This document shows positions 26,285-36,649 of a stretch of 63,032 bases of DNA, in pieces (the stretch's first letter is position 1; each line of letters opens with the position of its first letter). Where the stretch lies: positions 1 through 63,032 of the forward strand of contig CALUUV010000001.1 in NCBI GenBank assembly GCA_944324055.1. The letters run 5' to 3'. A model generated the notes under the pieces. It searched no databases. It was not told the origin of the DNA and worked only from the letters and a program-made list of their open reading frames with translations. Source of the stretch: Candidatus Gastranaerophilales bacterium. GTDB lineage: Bacteria; Cyanobacteriota; Vampirovibrionia; Gastranaerophilales; Gastranaerophilaceae. The position numbers and the translations under genes were made by a program.

Positions 26285-29200
26285 TGGCAGGTAATTTATT
26301 TGTAAGAAGACCAAAACTCGCTATTATTATTTCATTAGTAATTATTCTTGCAGGTTTAATTGCAATGACTCACTTGCCAGTTGAAGAATATCCTTCAATT
26401 ACACCTCCGCAAGTAATTGTATCTGCAACATATAGTGGTGCGAGTTCAGACGTAATTGCATCAACTATTGCTGCACCTGTAGAGTTACAATTAAATGGTG
26501 TAGAAGATATGATTTACATGTCTTCTGATTCCAGAAACGGATCTTATAAATTAACCATATACTTTGCAGTTGGTACAGATCCTGATATGGCTCTGGTAAA
26601 CGTTCAGAACCAATTGCAACTTGTAACTCCGAGATTGCCTGAAGAGGTAAAAAGATATGGTTTGACCGTAAAAAAATCTACTGGTGGTCCAGGTTGTTTA
26701 ATGATGTCTTTGCGTTCTCCTCATGGAACTTATAAGTCATTATATTTGGCAAACTATGCGACTTTATTTTTAAAAGATGAGTTAGCCAGAATTCCTGGTG
26801 TTGCAGAAGTAAATATATTTGGTGCCGGTGAATATTCTATGAGAATATGGCTTAATCCAGAGAAAATGGCAAGTTTAGGTGTATCTACTACAGATGTTCA
26901 AAATGCCATAGCTGCACAAAACGTTCAAACCCCAGCAGGTGACTTAGGGGTTGAACCAATGGTAGATCCTCAAGTTTTAAAATATACATTAAGAACTAAA
27001 GGTAGATTAAAAGAAGTATCAGAATTTGAAAATATTGTTGTAAGAGCAAATCCTGATGGGTCTAATATCAAAGTTAAAGATATAGCAAGGGTTGAATTAG
27101 GTGCAAACAGTTATACTTCAATTTCAAGGGTTGAAGGTGCAAATAACGCAATGATTTCTATTACTCAATTACCAGATGCCAATTCTATTGATGTAGTTAA
27201 TAGAGTAAAAGCACGAATGGAAGAATTGAGTAAGCAGTTCCCTAAAGATATTATGTATGCAGTTCAATATGATGATACTTTATTCGTTAGAGAATCTATT
27301 CATGAAGTAATAAGTGCGATTGGTTTAGCAGTTCTTTTAGTAAGTATTGTAACCTATTTATTCTTAGGAACATTTAGATCTGCATTTATTCCATTCTGTG
27401 CGATTCCAGTATCATTAATTGGTGTATTTATATTTATGGGATTATTTGGTTTTTCTATCAACCTATTAATCTTATTTGGTTTGGTACTGGCAGTTGGTCT
27501 GGTTGTAGATGATGCGATTGTTGTATTAGAAAATACACAAAGGCACATTCAAGATGGCAAGTCTCCTAAAGATGCAACAGAGATTACAATGGAAGAAGTA
27601 TTTGGTGCTGTTGTTGCAACCTCTCTTGTATTGATGGCTGTATTTGTTCCAGTATCATTTATGACTGGTATTACAGGGCAAATGTTTAGACAATTTGCTT
27701 TATGTTTAGCAACATCAATTGGTTTGTCAACAGTTGTTGCGTTAACATTATCGCCTGCTTTATGTTCAATTATATTGAAGTCTGGTGGAGATGAAAAAGC
27801 TGACTTTGAATTTATTCAAAAGTTTGATGATTGGTTCTTAAAAGTAAGAGAGTCTTATTTAAAAACTGTTCATTATTTTGTTTCATCACCTAAGAAAACA
27901 TTAAAGTTTTTATTATGGGTATTTATATTCATTTTATTTATGTTCTTTATAATTCCAAAAGGATTTTTACCTTCAGAGGATAAAGGTGCTTTATTTACAC
28001 AGTTACAACTTCCTGATGGTGCTTCTGTTTCTCGAAGTGACCAAGTAGGTGCTGAAGTTGCCGAACGTATTTCTAAAATTCCTGGAGTAAAAAGTACGCT
28101 TGAAGTAGCAGGTTATTCTGGTGAAAATACTGTATTAATTGTTTCTATGCTAGATGAATGGTCTGAACGTAAAAAATCATCATTATCAATGGAATCAATT
28201 CAGCGTAAAATAGGTCAAGAGTTTGCAAATTATACAGAAGCAACTGTTGCAACATTCCCACCTGCATCTATTTCAGGTATGAGTATGTTTGGTGGTTTTG
28301 AATATCGTTTATTAGATAAGGGGGATAGAACTCCTGAAGAATTATATAATGTAAGTAAACAATTTATGGCTGATGCTTCAAAAGATCCAATGTTCCAAAG
28401 ATTGTTTACTACTTATAGTGCAGCTTTGCCTCAAATTAAAATTGTAGTTGATGAAGAAAAAGCAATGGCACAAGGTGTTGATATTGCATCTATTTATAAT
28501 ACTTTATCAAACTTTTTAGGTGCAACTTATATAAACGACTTTAACAGATTTGGTCGTGTTTATCGTGTGTATATACAAGCAGATGCGCCTTATCGTGTTA
28601 AACCAAATGATTTAAGTAAGTTGTATGTTAAAAATAACAAAGGTGGTATGGTTCCATTAACTTCAGTTGTTCATACTGAAAATGTAATTGGTCCATATAC
28701 AATTACTCGTTATAATATGTATCCATCAGTAATGATAAGTGGTACTCCAAGAAGCAACATAAGTTCTGGGCAAGCTATGGAAGAAATGGAAATGCTATCA
28801 GATAAGTTGTTACCAGATGATATGGGGTATAGTTGGTCAGGTACATCTTTGCAAGAAAAAGAATCTGCTGGACAAATTGGACCAATCTTAGCTATGGCAT
28901 TAACATTCGTGTATTTGTTCTTGGTAGCTTTATATGAAAGTTGGACATTACCAATTGCCGTAATGTTGATTTCTCCAGTTGCTTTAATTGGTGCATTATT
29001 CTTCCAATATATTTCAGGATATGCTCTTGATATATATGCTCAAATCGGACTTGTAATGTTAGTAGGTTTGGGTACAAAACAAGCTATTTTAATTGTTGAG
29101 TTCGCTAAAGACGCGATGGAAAAAGATGGAATGAATTATGTTGATGCTGCTATGGAAGCTGCGAAACTAAGGTTCCGTGCTGTTATGATGACCAATATTG

Positions 29201-29472
29201 CATTTATTTTAGGTTTATTACCTTTAGTATTTGCACATGGTGCAGGTGCAGGTAGCCGTCATTCAATTGGTATGACAGTATTTGGTGGTATGATAGCTGT
29301 TTCTTTCATCGGAAGTATTTTAGTTCCTGCATTCTTCGTTATGATTAATGAAATGAAGGAATGGTATTATGCTGGCGGATTTAAAAAAGTTGGAGGCTTT
29401 TTAAAGATCTTTGGTGTTGATTTATTTAAGAAAGCTATGCAGAAAATAAAGGAGATGAAAAGTGGTAAATAA
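26284..29472 (+). CDS. efflux RND transporter permease (HAE1/AcrB family)
   Basis: 1062 aa with the 12-TM layout and two large periplasmic loops. Family text FVRRPKLAIIISL and GLVVDDAIVVLENT. Its start overlaps the MFP stop (ATGA-type junction). Confidence 0.95.
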   Translation: MAGNLFVRRPKLAIIISLVIILAGLIAMTHLPVEEYPSITPPQVIVSATYSGASSDVIASTIAAPVELQLNGVEDMIYMSSDSRNGSYKLTIYFAVGTDPDMALVNVQNQLQLVTPRLPEEVKRYGLTVKKSTGGPGCLMMSLRSPHGTYKSLYLANYATLFLKDELARIPGVAEVNIFGAGEYSMRIWLNPEKMASLGVSTTDVQNAIAAQNVQTPAGDLGVEPMVDPQVLKYTLRTKGRLKEVSEFENIVVRANPDGSNIKVKDIARVELGANSYTSISRVEGANNAMISITQLPDANSIDVVNRVKARMEELSKQFPKDIMYAVQYDDTLFVRESIHEVISAIGLAVLLVSIVTYLFLGTFRSAFIPFCAIPVSLIGVFIFMGLFGFSINLLILFGLVLAVGLVVDDAIVVLENTQRHIQDGKSPKDATEITMEEVFGAVVATSLVLMAVFVPVSFMTGITGQMFRQFALCLATSIGLSTVVALTLSPALCSIILKSGGDEKADFEFIQKFDDWFLKVRESYLKTVHYFVSSPKKTLKFLLWVFIFILFMFFIIPKGFLPSEDKGALFTQLQLPDGASVSRSDQVGAEVAERISKIPGVKSTLEVAGYSGENTVLIVSMLDEWSERKKSSLSMESIQRKIGQEFANYTEATVATFPPASISGMSMFGGFEYRLLDKGDRTPEELYNVSKQFMADASKDPMFQRLFTTYSAALPQIKIVVDEEKAMAQGVDIASIYNTLSNFLGATYINDFNRFGRVYRVYIQADAPYRVKPNDLSKLYVKNNKGGMVPLTSVVHTENVIGPYTITRYNMYPSVMISGTPRSNISSGQAMEEMEMLSDKLLPDDMGYSWSGTSLQEKESAGQIGPILAMALTFVYLFLVALYESWTLPIAVMLISPVALIGALFFQYISGYALDIYAQIGLVMLVGLGTKQAILIVEFAKDAMEKDGMNYVDAAMEAAKLRFRAVMMTNIAFILGLLPLVFAHGAGAGSRHSIGMTVFGGMIAVSFIGSILVPAFFVMINEMKEWYYAGGFKKVGGFLKIFGVDLFKKAMQKIKEMKSGK

Positions 29473-29473
29473 G

Positions 29474-31048
29474 ATGAAGAAATTTATAATTTGCTTATTA
29501 TCATTAATATTATTTTCATCTTCAGTATTTGCGAATGAAGTTGGTAATACTATTAATAAAACTGAATATCCGGATTCAAATATGGTTGAGCCAACTAAAC
29601 AAGATGATTTTGTGATAGAAGGTGGAGTTGCAAAATATATTGATGTTGATTTAGAAGATTGCTTGAAGTTTGCATTAGGTAACAATCCAAAAATACAAGC
29701 TGCTATTCAAGATGTTTTTGCATCTGATTATAGAATTAAACAAGCTTGGTCAAATTGGTTCCCTTCTATTAGTTGGCAAACAGGTTATACCAGAATTAAA
29801 CAATTACAGTTATCAGATGTATTCCAAAGAAATTTGATATTTAACTACTATGTATTAGGAACAATATCTGTTTCTGAAATGTTGTACGATTTTGGGGTAA
29901 CTCAGAATACTGTTACAATAAGAAAATTAGAAAATGAACAATACAAAATTGTATTAACAGAAACTGTTAATACGGTTCTTAGAGATGTAAAAAATGCTTA
30001 TTATAATGTTCTTTTAGCTTATGAACAACAAAAAGTTGCAGAAGATACTGTTGAACAATATGAAAAATTTTATGAACAAGCAAAAGCATTTTATGAGGCA
30101 GGAACAAATCCAAAGGTTGATGTAACAATTGCAGAAGTTAATTTAAGTAATGCAAAATTAACCTTAATTCAGGCTGAAAATGCCGTTGATATTGCAATGG
30201 CTAAGTTGAATAATGCAATGGGTTTACCATATATGAATAAATATAATATTATGGACCATTTAAAATATAACCCTTGTGATTTATCTTTAACTCAAGCTGT
30301 TGAAATTGCAAAGCAGTCTCGTCCTGATTATAAATTGGCAGAGGTAAAAGTTCAGACTGCTAACCAAAATGTAAAATTATCTAAAAAAGCTTGGTATCCA
30401 CAATTGCAATTTGATGCAAATTATTCAATAGGTGGTAAGTCTTGGGTTTCAAATTACGGTTATAATATTGGAGCTTATTTAAATTTCCCAACAGTTAATG
30501 GTATGTTGATTAGAAACCAAATTAAAGAAGCTCAAACAATGCATACAAAAGAGATTGCAAATTCTCATCAAGCTCAAAATGATATTTATTTAGAAATTCA
30601 AAATGCTTTTTATAATTTAATTGAAAAGAAAAATAAGATTCCTGTATCTACACTTCAAGTAAAACAAGCTAAAGAAAACTATGATTTATCTTATGGTAGA
30701 TATTCTGTTGGAGTAGGTAATCCTGTTGAATTAAAAGAAGCACAAGTTCAATATGCTACAGCTAGAATGCAGTATAACAATACATTGTATGAATATAATA
30801 CTGCAAGGGCCGATTTGGAAAAAGCTATTGGTAAAAATATTGTAGCTGGTTCTGTTGAGTTAAAGAAAGAGGAACCAAAGGCTCAAAAAACAGTAACTGT
30901 TAAAAAAGTTGAGGATAAAACTACAAGTAATGAAAATAAACAAAGTAAACAAAATAATTGTAGTTCTCCAGTAAAGAAAAAATATTATAAAAATAAAGTT
31001 ATAAGAGGGTTACATAACTTCTTCTCATATCCTGATGATATTTCATAA
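29474..31048 (+). CDS. TolC-family outer membrane efflux protein
   Basis: Signal peptide MKKFIICLLSLILFSSSVFA. Two OEP repeat halves with long helices (e.g. YNVLLAYEQQKVAEDTVEQYEKFYEQAKAFYEAGT; YNNTLYEYNTARADLEKAIG). Third gene of the MFP-RND operon. Confidence 0.88.
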   Translation: MKKFIICLLSLILFSSSVFANEVGNTINKTEYPDSNMVEPTKQDDFVIEGGVAKYIDVDLEDCLKFALGNNPKIQAAIQDVFASDYRIKQAWSNWFPSISWQTGYTRIKQLQLSDVFQRNLIFNYYVLGTISVSEMLYDFGVTQNTVTIRKLENEQYKIVLTETVNTVLRDVKNAYYNVLLAYEQQKVAEDTVEQYEKFYEQAKAFYEAGTNPKVDVTIAEVNLSNAKLTLIQAENAVDIAMAKLNNAMGLPYMNKYNIMDHLKYNPCDLSLTQAVEIAKQSRPDYKLAEVKVQTANQNVKLSKKAWYPQLQFDANYSIGGKSWVSNYGYNIGAYLNFPTVNGMLIRNQIKEAQTMHTKEIANSHQAQNDIYLEIQNAFYNLIEKKNKIPVSTLQVKQAKENYDLSYGRYSVGVGNPVELKEAQVQYATARMQYNNTLYEYNTARADLEKAIGKNIVAGSVELKKEEPKAQKTVTVKKVEDKTTSNENKQSKQNNCSSPVKKKYYKNKVIRGLHNFFSYPDDIS

Positions 31049-31115
31049 TTGATTGTCATATTTGTTTAATATATAATTAAGTCAGGAATAGTTAACGGTA
31101 AGAAAGGAAAATAAA

Positions 31116-32381
31116 ATGTTAGATATTAAACTTATTAGAGAAAATCCAGAAAAAATTAATGAGTTATTAAAAAGAAGAAATCCTGACTTATCGATAGATG
31201 AAGTTTTAAAAATTGATGAAGAACGTCGTAAAGTTCAAACAGAAGCTGATGAATTGAGAGCAAAAAGAAAAAATGATTCTCAAAAAATCGGTATGATGAA
31301 AAAGAATGGTGAAAATACTGATGCAATACAAGAAGAAGTTAGAGCATTAGGTGACAAGATAAAAGAACTTGAAGAAAAACAAGTTGAGTTAGATAATGCA
31401 CAACGTAATTTATTATTGCATATCCCAAATATTCCAGATGAAACAACTCCAATTGGACCAACAGAAGATTATAATGTTGAAGTTTCAAGATGGGGGGAAC
31501 CAACTAAGTTTGATTTTGAGTATAAAGCTCATTGGGATATATGTGAAGAAAAGAAAATTGTTGATTTTGAACGTGGTGTAAAAATATCACAATCAAGATT
31601 TACTTTATATAGAGGTAAAGGTGCAAGATTAGAAAGAGCTATTATTAATTTCTTCTTAGATCAACATACTGAAAATGAAGGTTATGAAGAAATCTTACCT
31701 CCATTTATGGCAAATGCAGCTACTATGACTGGTACAGGTCAACTTCCTAAGTTTAAGGAAGATATGTATAAATGTGTTGATGAAGATTTGTACTTGATTC
31801 CAACAGCTGAAGTTCCTGTAACAAATATTTATTCAGGTGAAATTTTATCTGAAGATGATTTACCAAAATATATGACTGCATATACACCTTGTTTCAGAAG
31901 AGAAGCAGGTTCTGCAGGTAAAGACACAAGAGGTTTGATAAGAGTTCACCAATTTAATAAAGTTGAAATGGTAAAACTATGTACACCTCAAACAAGTGTA
32001 GAAGAACATGAAAAACTTACCCAAGATGGTGAAAGAATGCTTCAATTATTAGGTTTACCTTATAGAAGAGTTGCTTTATGTACATCTGATATAGGTTTCT
32101 CTGCTAATAAATGTTATGATTTAGAAGTATGGATGCCTTCTTATAACGCATATAAAGAAATTTCTAGTTGTTCTAATTTTGGTGATTACCAAGCAAGACG
32201 TGCCAATATTAGATATAGAGATAAAGAAACTGGAAAAACACAATTTGTTCATACAATTAATGGTTCTGGTCTTGCAGTTGGTAGAACATTTGCTGCTATT
32301 ATTGAAAACTTCCAACAAGCAGATGGTTCTGTTGTAATACCTGAAGTATTAAGAAAATATACTGGTTTTGATGTATTATAA
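31116..32381 (+). CDS. serS: serine--tRNA ligase
   Basis: N-terminal coiled-coil arm. Class II motifs: [26 protein letters not shown] and [21 protein letters not shown]. 421 aa. Confidence 0.96.
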   Translation: MLDIKLIRENPEKINELLKRRNPDLSIDEVLKIDEERRKVQTEADELRAKRKNDSQKIGMMKKNGENTDAIQEEVRALGDKIKELEEKQVELDNAQRNLLLHIPNIPDETTPIGPTEDYNVEVSRWGEPTKFDFEYKAHWDICEEKKIVDFERGVKISQSRFTLYRGKGARLERAIINFFLDQHTENEGYEEILPPFMANAATMTGTGQLPKFKEDMYKCVDEDLYLIPTAEVPVTNIYSGEILSEDDLPKYMTAYTPCFRREAGSAGKDTRGLIRVHQFNKVEMVKLCTPQTSVEEHEKLTQDGERMLQLLGLPYRRVALCTSDIGFSANKCYDLEVWMPSYNAYKEISSCSNFGDYQARRANIRYRDKETGKTQFVHTINGSGLAVGRTFAAIIENFQQADGSVVIPEVLRKYTGFDVL

Positions 32382-32450
32382 GTTAATAAACTAGCAAAAA
32401 AATATTAACTCCTGTTTTCTATATAATGTGTAGATTATAGGAGTTTTTTA

Positions 32451-33071
32451 ATGAAAGTATCTGGAATTAGTAATCAGATTAGAACAATATCTCAAGTAGT
32501 AAAAAATAATAAAAATGAAGCTGTTTCAATTGCTAGGAGATATTCTCAAACGAAAAATGTTAATAAGGCAACAGCTAAAGTTGTTGAGGCTAAAGCTGTA
32601 ATTAAACATGTGTTAAAACCTTTTTTCGATTGGGCTTCTAAAAAATCAGATACTATAAAAGTTATTAAAGAGACTGCTAATAAAGTAAATCGCAATATTA
32701 ATAAGCATGTTGGTCGTGCAATGGATAAAAATCCTAAGGCCTCAAAAATTATTGCTGGAGTTCGAGGTGTTGATGCATCTTTACCTGCAATAGGAACTGC
32801 AGCTTTGGTCGTTTCAGGTGTTAAAGATGTCAAAGATGCTAAAAAGGAGAAAGGTACAACTGCTGGAATTAAAGAAGCTGGTAAATCTTTTGTTCGTGTT
32901 ACAACAAGCGCAGCAATGGCAACGGCTGGTGCATTATTAGTTCCTGTTCCTGGCATGGCAACAGCTGGTTGGTTAGTTGGAGAAAATCTAGCAAAACTTG
33001 CAGTTGGTAAACCTTATTCTGCAAAAAATAAGACTCCAGATGATAAAGAAGTTAAAATTGATAAAGATTAA
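32451..33071 (+). CDS. hypothetical membrane protein, basic, Ala/Gly-rich hydrophobic C-terminal half
   Basis: 206 aa with a strong SD AGGAG 8 nt upstream. Hydrophobic spans AIGTAALVVSGV and TSAAMATAGALLVPVPGMATAGWLVG. It ends with a GKPY motif shared with the 3715..5751 protein. Confidence 0.5.
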   Translation: MKVSGISNQIRTISQVVKNNKNEAVSIARRYSQTKNVNKATAKVVEAKAVIKHVLKPFFDWASKKSDTIKVIKETANKVNRNINKHVGRAMDKNPKASKIIAGVRGVDASLPAIGTAALVVSGVKDVKDAKKEKGTTAGIKEAGKSFVRVTTSAAMATAGALLVPVPGMATAGWLVGENLAKLAVGKPYSAKNKTPDDKEVKIDKD

Positions 33072-33388
33072 TTATTCTGTCTATTTTCTTCTCGTTTTAT
33101 GTAGTTGCAATCACTTTCAAGGCGTTTGTCTTCCATTGCATCAATAAGTTCTTGGATATCTTTAATTTGTCCAAGTTCAAAACCTACTTCTGCTAAAAGA
33201 ACACAATCATTACAAAGTCTATAATTTCCATATTGAATAGAACCAGCTAAACAAGCTTCTTCTCCACAAGCATCACATTGGAAAAATTCGTTTTCTGAAT
33301 CAGGATTATCATCAATATCGTCTTTTTTCATTTGTTCAACAACAAGTTGCATTTTTTTTACAACTTCTTCTTTTGATTTGTTCATCAT
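33068..33388 (-). CDS. hypothetical acidic zinc-ribbon protein
   Basis: 106 aa. CDACGEEACLAGSIQYGNYRLCNDC gives a CxxC...CxxC pattern. Its ATG overlaps the pdxJ stop by 1 nt (TAATG junction). Confidence 0.55.
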   Translation of the reverse strand: MMNKSKEEVVKKMQLVVEQMKKDDIDDNPDSENEFFQCDACGEEACLAGSIQYGNYRLCNDCVLLAEVGFELGQIKDIQELIDAMEDKRLESDCNYIKREENRQNN

Positions 33389-34101
33389 TATCCCTCAACT
33401 AATTCTTTCATTTCTTTAACTGCTTGTGCTAATCCAACAAATACCGCTCTTGCAATTATGCTATGACCAATATTTAATTCTACTAAATCTGGTATTTCGT
33501 GCATTCTTTTTACGTTTTCATAATTTAAACCGTGACCAGCATTAACTTTTAGACCTAAGGTTTGTGCAAATGTTGCAGCACCTTTTAATGCTTGGAATGT
33601 TTCTTCTTCTTTTTCTGTTCCGAAGTATTCTGAATACTGTCCTGTATGTAATTCAATAAATTGTGCTCCTGTTTTATATGCTGCAGAAACTTGAGTTATA
33701 TCAGGATCAATAAACATACTAACTTCGATTCCCTTTTCTACAAGAGGTTTTACAAAAGCAATAGCTCTATCTATTTGTCCAGCAACATCAAGGCCACCTT
33801 CTGTGGTTAATTCTTGTCTTTTTTCTGGAACAATACATACTGCATCAGGTTTTAGTTCTAGTGCAATTTTTTGCATTTCATCTGTCATTGCCATTTCAAG
33901 ATTTAATCTTGTTTTTGGTAATTGTCTAATTGCCTTTACATCTGCATCTTTTATATGTCTTCTATCTTCTCTTAAATGAGTTGTAATAGATTCAGCACCT
34001 ACATCTTTGCAAATTCTTGCGGCTGTAATAACATCAGGGTCTATTCCCCCTCTTGCATTTCTTAATGTTGCAACGTGATCGATATTAACTCCTAATAGCA
34101 T
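33388..34101 (-). CDS. pdxJ: pyridoxine 5'-phosphate synthase
   Basis: PdxJ text MLLGVNIDHVATLRNARG, THLREDRRHI, IELHTGQY and VNAGHGLNY. Start is set at the internal Met at 34101, 1 nt after the murT stop; the track ORF extends to 34191 through non-PdxJ text. Confidence 0.93.
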   Translation of the reverse strand: MLLGVNIDHVATLRNARGGIDPDVITAARICKDVGAESITTHLREDRRHIKDADVKAIRQLPKTRLNLEMAMTDEMQKIALELKPDAVCIVPEKRQELTTEGGLDVAGQIDRAIAFVKPLVEKGIEVSMFIDPDITQVSAAYKTGAQFIELHTGQYSEYFGTEKEEETFQALKGAATFAQTLGLKVNAGHGLNYENVKRMHEIPDLVELNIGHSIIARAVFVGLAQAVKEMKELVEG

Positions 34102-34102
34102 T

Positions 34103-35425
34103 TTAATCTCCTTTTTGATTAATGTGAAGTAATGCTGTATATGTAGGTAAAATAGTAATATTACTTCTGTCAGCTCCTTTTCCGCTAACAAATCTTACTG
34201 CTTCATCTATATTAGGTATTACTTTAACATTGTTTATTCCTGCATATTTTAATCTGACAGCCATATCATAGGCTCTTGTACCAGATGTGATGATTGTCTT
34301 TTTAGCTTCTCTTAATAATTCAAAATCTGTATCCCATAGCCAAGATACATCTCTACCATCAGCATAATTGTCATTGATGATTATTAATATATTAGAATTG
34401 TAATCAACAGTTTTTAATACTTCACTTGCTCCTGTTGGGTTTTTAATTAATTGAATTATAGCTTTTCTACCATTAATTTCTTTTATTTCACTTCTTCCAA
34501 AAGCTGATTGGTAAGTATCTAATGCTTTTTGTATATCGGTTATTCCTAATTCAAATGCTGTTGCAATTGCTGCAAGAGCATTATATGCGTTGTATAAACC
34601 TAATAAAGGAATTTTGAATACATAATTTTGTCCATTATAATTCATTTTTATTACAGAATAATCATCATAAATTACAACATCAGCAGAATATTTGCAATCA
34701 GGTCTTTTATATCCGCAATTACAGTAGTAGTGTCCTTGTTGAGCATAAAAACGATTAGTATATTGAAGCTCTCCTCCACACCAAGGACAATTTAATATTT
34801 CCATAGGTGCTTTAGATTCTATATTTTTATTATGGTATTCTACACTATTAAATCCATAATATATTGGCTTTTTATCTCCAAGAGGTCTGAAATTTACAAC
34901 TAGTGGATCATCTGCGTTTAAGATAAGTTGTAAATTCTTATTTTTATCAATTGCATTTTGTATTTTTTTCGCAGTTGTACTAAGTTCTCCATATCGATCT
35001 AGTTGATCTCTAAATAGGTTAGTAATTACTAAATAGTCAGATTGTATATTTTCATATAATTTTGCTAAATATGCTTCATCTGATTCGATAACAGCATAAT
35101 CATAACGCTTTAACGGAGATATTCCTAAAACAAATGTATTGGCAATCCCTGTAAGCATATTTGCTCCTTTAGAATTGTTAAGTACAGAATGTTTTGTATC
35201 TCTTAGAATATGTGATATTATCCCTGATGTTGTAGTTTTTCCGTTAGTACCAGTAATAGTTACGCATTGTTTCATGTATTTAGAAACTTCTTTAAGGAAA
35301 TCTGGCTCAATTTTTAAGGTAATCATTCCAATAAAAGATGTCCCAGATGTCTTCCCGTGTATTTTAATCATTAATGATAAGAATTTTGCGAGTATTAATA
35401 ATAAGTAAAATTTAATCCTTTTCAT
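34103..35425 (-). CDS. murT: lipid II isoglutaminyl synthase subunit MurT (Mur-ligase-like)
   Basis: Matches S. aureus MurT as I recall it. P-loop ITGTNGKTTTS and ITNLFRDQLDRYGEL. Cys4 ribbon CPWCGGELQY...YYCNCGYKRP. C-terminal DUF1727 text NDNYADGRDVSWLWDTDFELL. ATG at 35425 has SD GGAG; the track ORF begins at an upstream TTG. Confidence 0.88.
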   Translation of the reverse strand: MKRIKFYLLLILAKFLSLMIKIHGKTSGTSFIGMITLKIEPDFLKEVSKYMKQCVTITGTNGKTTTSGIISHILRDTKHSVLNNSKGANMLTGIANTFVLGISPLKRYDYAVIESDEAYLAKLYENIQSDYLVITNLFRDQLDRYGELSTTAKKIQNAIDKNKNLQLILNADDPLVVNFRPLGDKKPIYYGFNSVEYHNKNIESKAPMEILNCPWCGGELQYTNRFYAQQGHYYCNCGYKRPDCKYSADVVIYDDYSVIKMNYNGQNYVFKIPLLGLYNAYNALAAIATAFELGITDIQKALDTYQSAFGRSEIKEINGRKAIIQLIKNPTGASEVLKTVDYNSNILIIINDNYADGRDVSWLWDTDFELLREAKKTIITSGTRAYDMAVRLKYAGINNVKVIPNIDEAVRFVSGKGADRSNITILPTYTALLHINQKGD

Positions 35426-35507
35426 AAAATAGTACTCCAAGCGGATTTGCAATATTTATCAACTACATATATAATCATATAATAGTACAAAAAAGTAATT
35501 AGTAAAA

Positions 35508-35873
35508 ATGTTTTTTTTAATAGCGATAATATTCATATTCCAAATAATTTTATTAGCTGTAATAATCTCATTCTTGTTGAATGTAGATATTAGCATTTTA
35601 TTGTTGATAGATAAATTTGAAATGAATAATGTTTGGATGCGAACAAAAATGTCAACAGTTGAAAATATTTTTACTGATTTAAAATTTATACTAATAAAAA
35701 AGTTTAATAAGATAGATAAAAAACAAAAAAAGATACTAATTAGTCAGATAATTAATATATTAGAGTGGCTCTTGCTGCTATTTGTAAAACCCAAAGGAAA
35801 GAAGTTTTTATTAGGTTATAAGTTCTCTAAACTTCTATATAAAGAGTTGTCAACTATGAAAAATATGGTATAA
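35508..35873 (+). CDS. hypothetical membrane protein
   Basis: 121-aa ORF, very AT-rich, with two hydrophobic spans (FFLIAIIFIFQIILLAVIISFLL and ILEWLLLLFV). No clear SD. Confidence 0.4.
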   Translation: MFFLIAIIFIFQIILLAVIISFLLNVDISILLLIDKFEMNNVWMRTKMSTVENIFTDLKFILIKKFNKIDKKQKKILISQIINILEWLLLLFVKPKGKKFLLGYKFSKLLYKELSTMKNMV

Positions 35874-35891
35874 TTTATTGAGAGGTGAAAA

Positions 35892-36203
35892 ATGAGTGAA
35901 AATAAATCATCAATAGGGTTTGGGCTAGGATTAATCGCTGGTGTTGTAGGCGGTATAATTGCTGGTGTTTTGTATGCTCCAGAAGCTGGAGATAAAGCAA
36001 GAAATAAATTAAAAAATACAGTTTGTGATTTAGCTGAAAAACATTCCCCTGAAGTAAATATTGCTAAAAAACGAGCATTTGAATCAATTGATTTATTCTG
36101 CTATAAGTTAGAAAGGCAATATAAAAAATTTAATAATATGTTAAAATCTAAAAAAATGCGTAAAGCAAAAGAATTAGAAGATACAGAATACGATTTTAAT
36201 TAA
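35892..36203 (+). CDS. YtxH domain-containing protein
   Basis: N-terminal Gly-zipper helix plus APEAG motif (GLGLIAGVVGGIIAGVLYAPEAGDKARNKLK), characteristic of YtxH. SD GAGAGGTG upstream. Confidence 0.7.
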   Translation: MSENKSSIGFGLGLIAGVVGGIIAGVLYAPEAGDKARNKLKNTVCDLAEKHSPEVNIAKKRAFESIDLFCYKLERQYKKFNNMLKSKKMRKAKELEDTEYDFN

Positions 36204-36213
36204 GGAGATTTTT

Positions 36214-36573
36214 ATGGATACAGCTAGTCTATATCAGGGGCTAACTTTCCTTGCTTGGACAAGTGCGGGCTTTTTGATAATTGTTGGACTATTTCTAATA
36301 AAAGTATTATTCGACTTATCTAGTTTGCTAAAGTTGATGAAGCAAACAGCTGATATAGTAAAAACATCTGCAAAGCCTATATTTTCTGATGTTACAGAAT
36401 CTGTAAGTATTATTACTAAATATGTAAAAAAAGCAGATACAAATATTTCAAAATTTAATAATATATCAGGAAAGGTTTCTAAGATTGTAATATCTATGAT
36501 ATCTAAAACATCTGCAATATCAGGTGTTGTTTTAAAAGGTATTTTTAGTTTAGTTAAGTCTTTTAAAAAATAA
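36214..36573 (+). CDS. hypothetical single-pass membrane protein (DUF948-like architecture)
   Basis: 119 aa. N-terminal TM (LAWTSAGFLIIVGLFLIKVLF) followed by an amphipathic helical region. It sits between two YtxH genes, as DUF948 genes often do. The family call is tentative. Confidence 0.45.
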   Translation: MDTASLYQGLTFLAWTSAGFLIIVGLFLIKVLFDLSSLLKLMKQTADIVKTSAKPIFSDVTESVSIITKYVKKADTNISKFNNISGKVSKIVISMISKTSAISGVVLKGIFSLVKSFKK

Positions 36574-36649
36574 GTAGGTTTAACTAGCCTGATTGATAAT
36601 GCTTTTGATTTTTAATGTACTATAATGAATTTGTAAAGGAGATATAAAT

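Noticed and set aside
32406-32445. AACTCCT ... AGGAGTT pairing that could sequester the SD of the 32451 gene, or terminate serS
   Set aside because: The stem is only 7 bp with a ~25-nt loop that itself contains a TATAAT-like box. This is too weak to call a terminator or a regulatory hairpin.
32546-32956. 136-aa minus-strand ORF antisense to the 32451..33071 gene
   Set aside because: The plus-strand ORF is longer and has a strong AGGAG SD at correct spacing. The antisense ORF arises from the Ala/Gly/Thr-rich codons of the sense frame.
34102-34191. N-terminal extensions suggested by the ORF track: pdxJ to 34191, NifU-like gene to 53423, sdaAB to 55986, murT to 35452, the transporter to 19023, and others
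   Set aside because: The extensions start at TTG or GTG, or run through neighbouring genes. They add non-homologous text. Internal ATGs with good SDs coincide with where the family-conserved N-termini begin.
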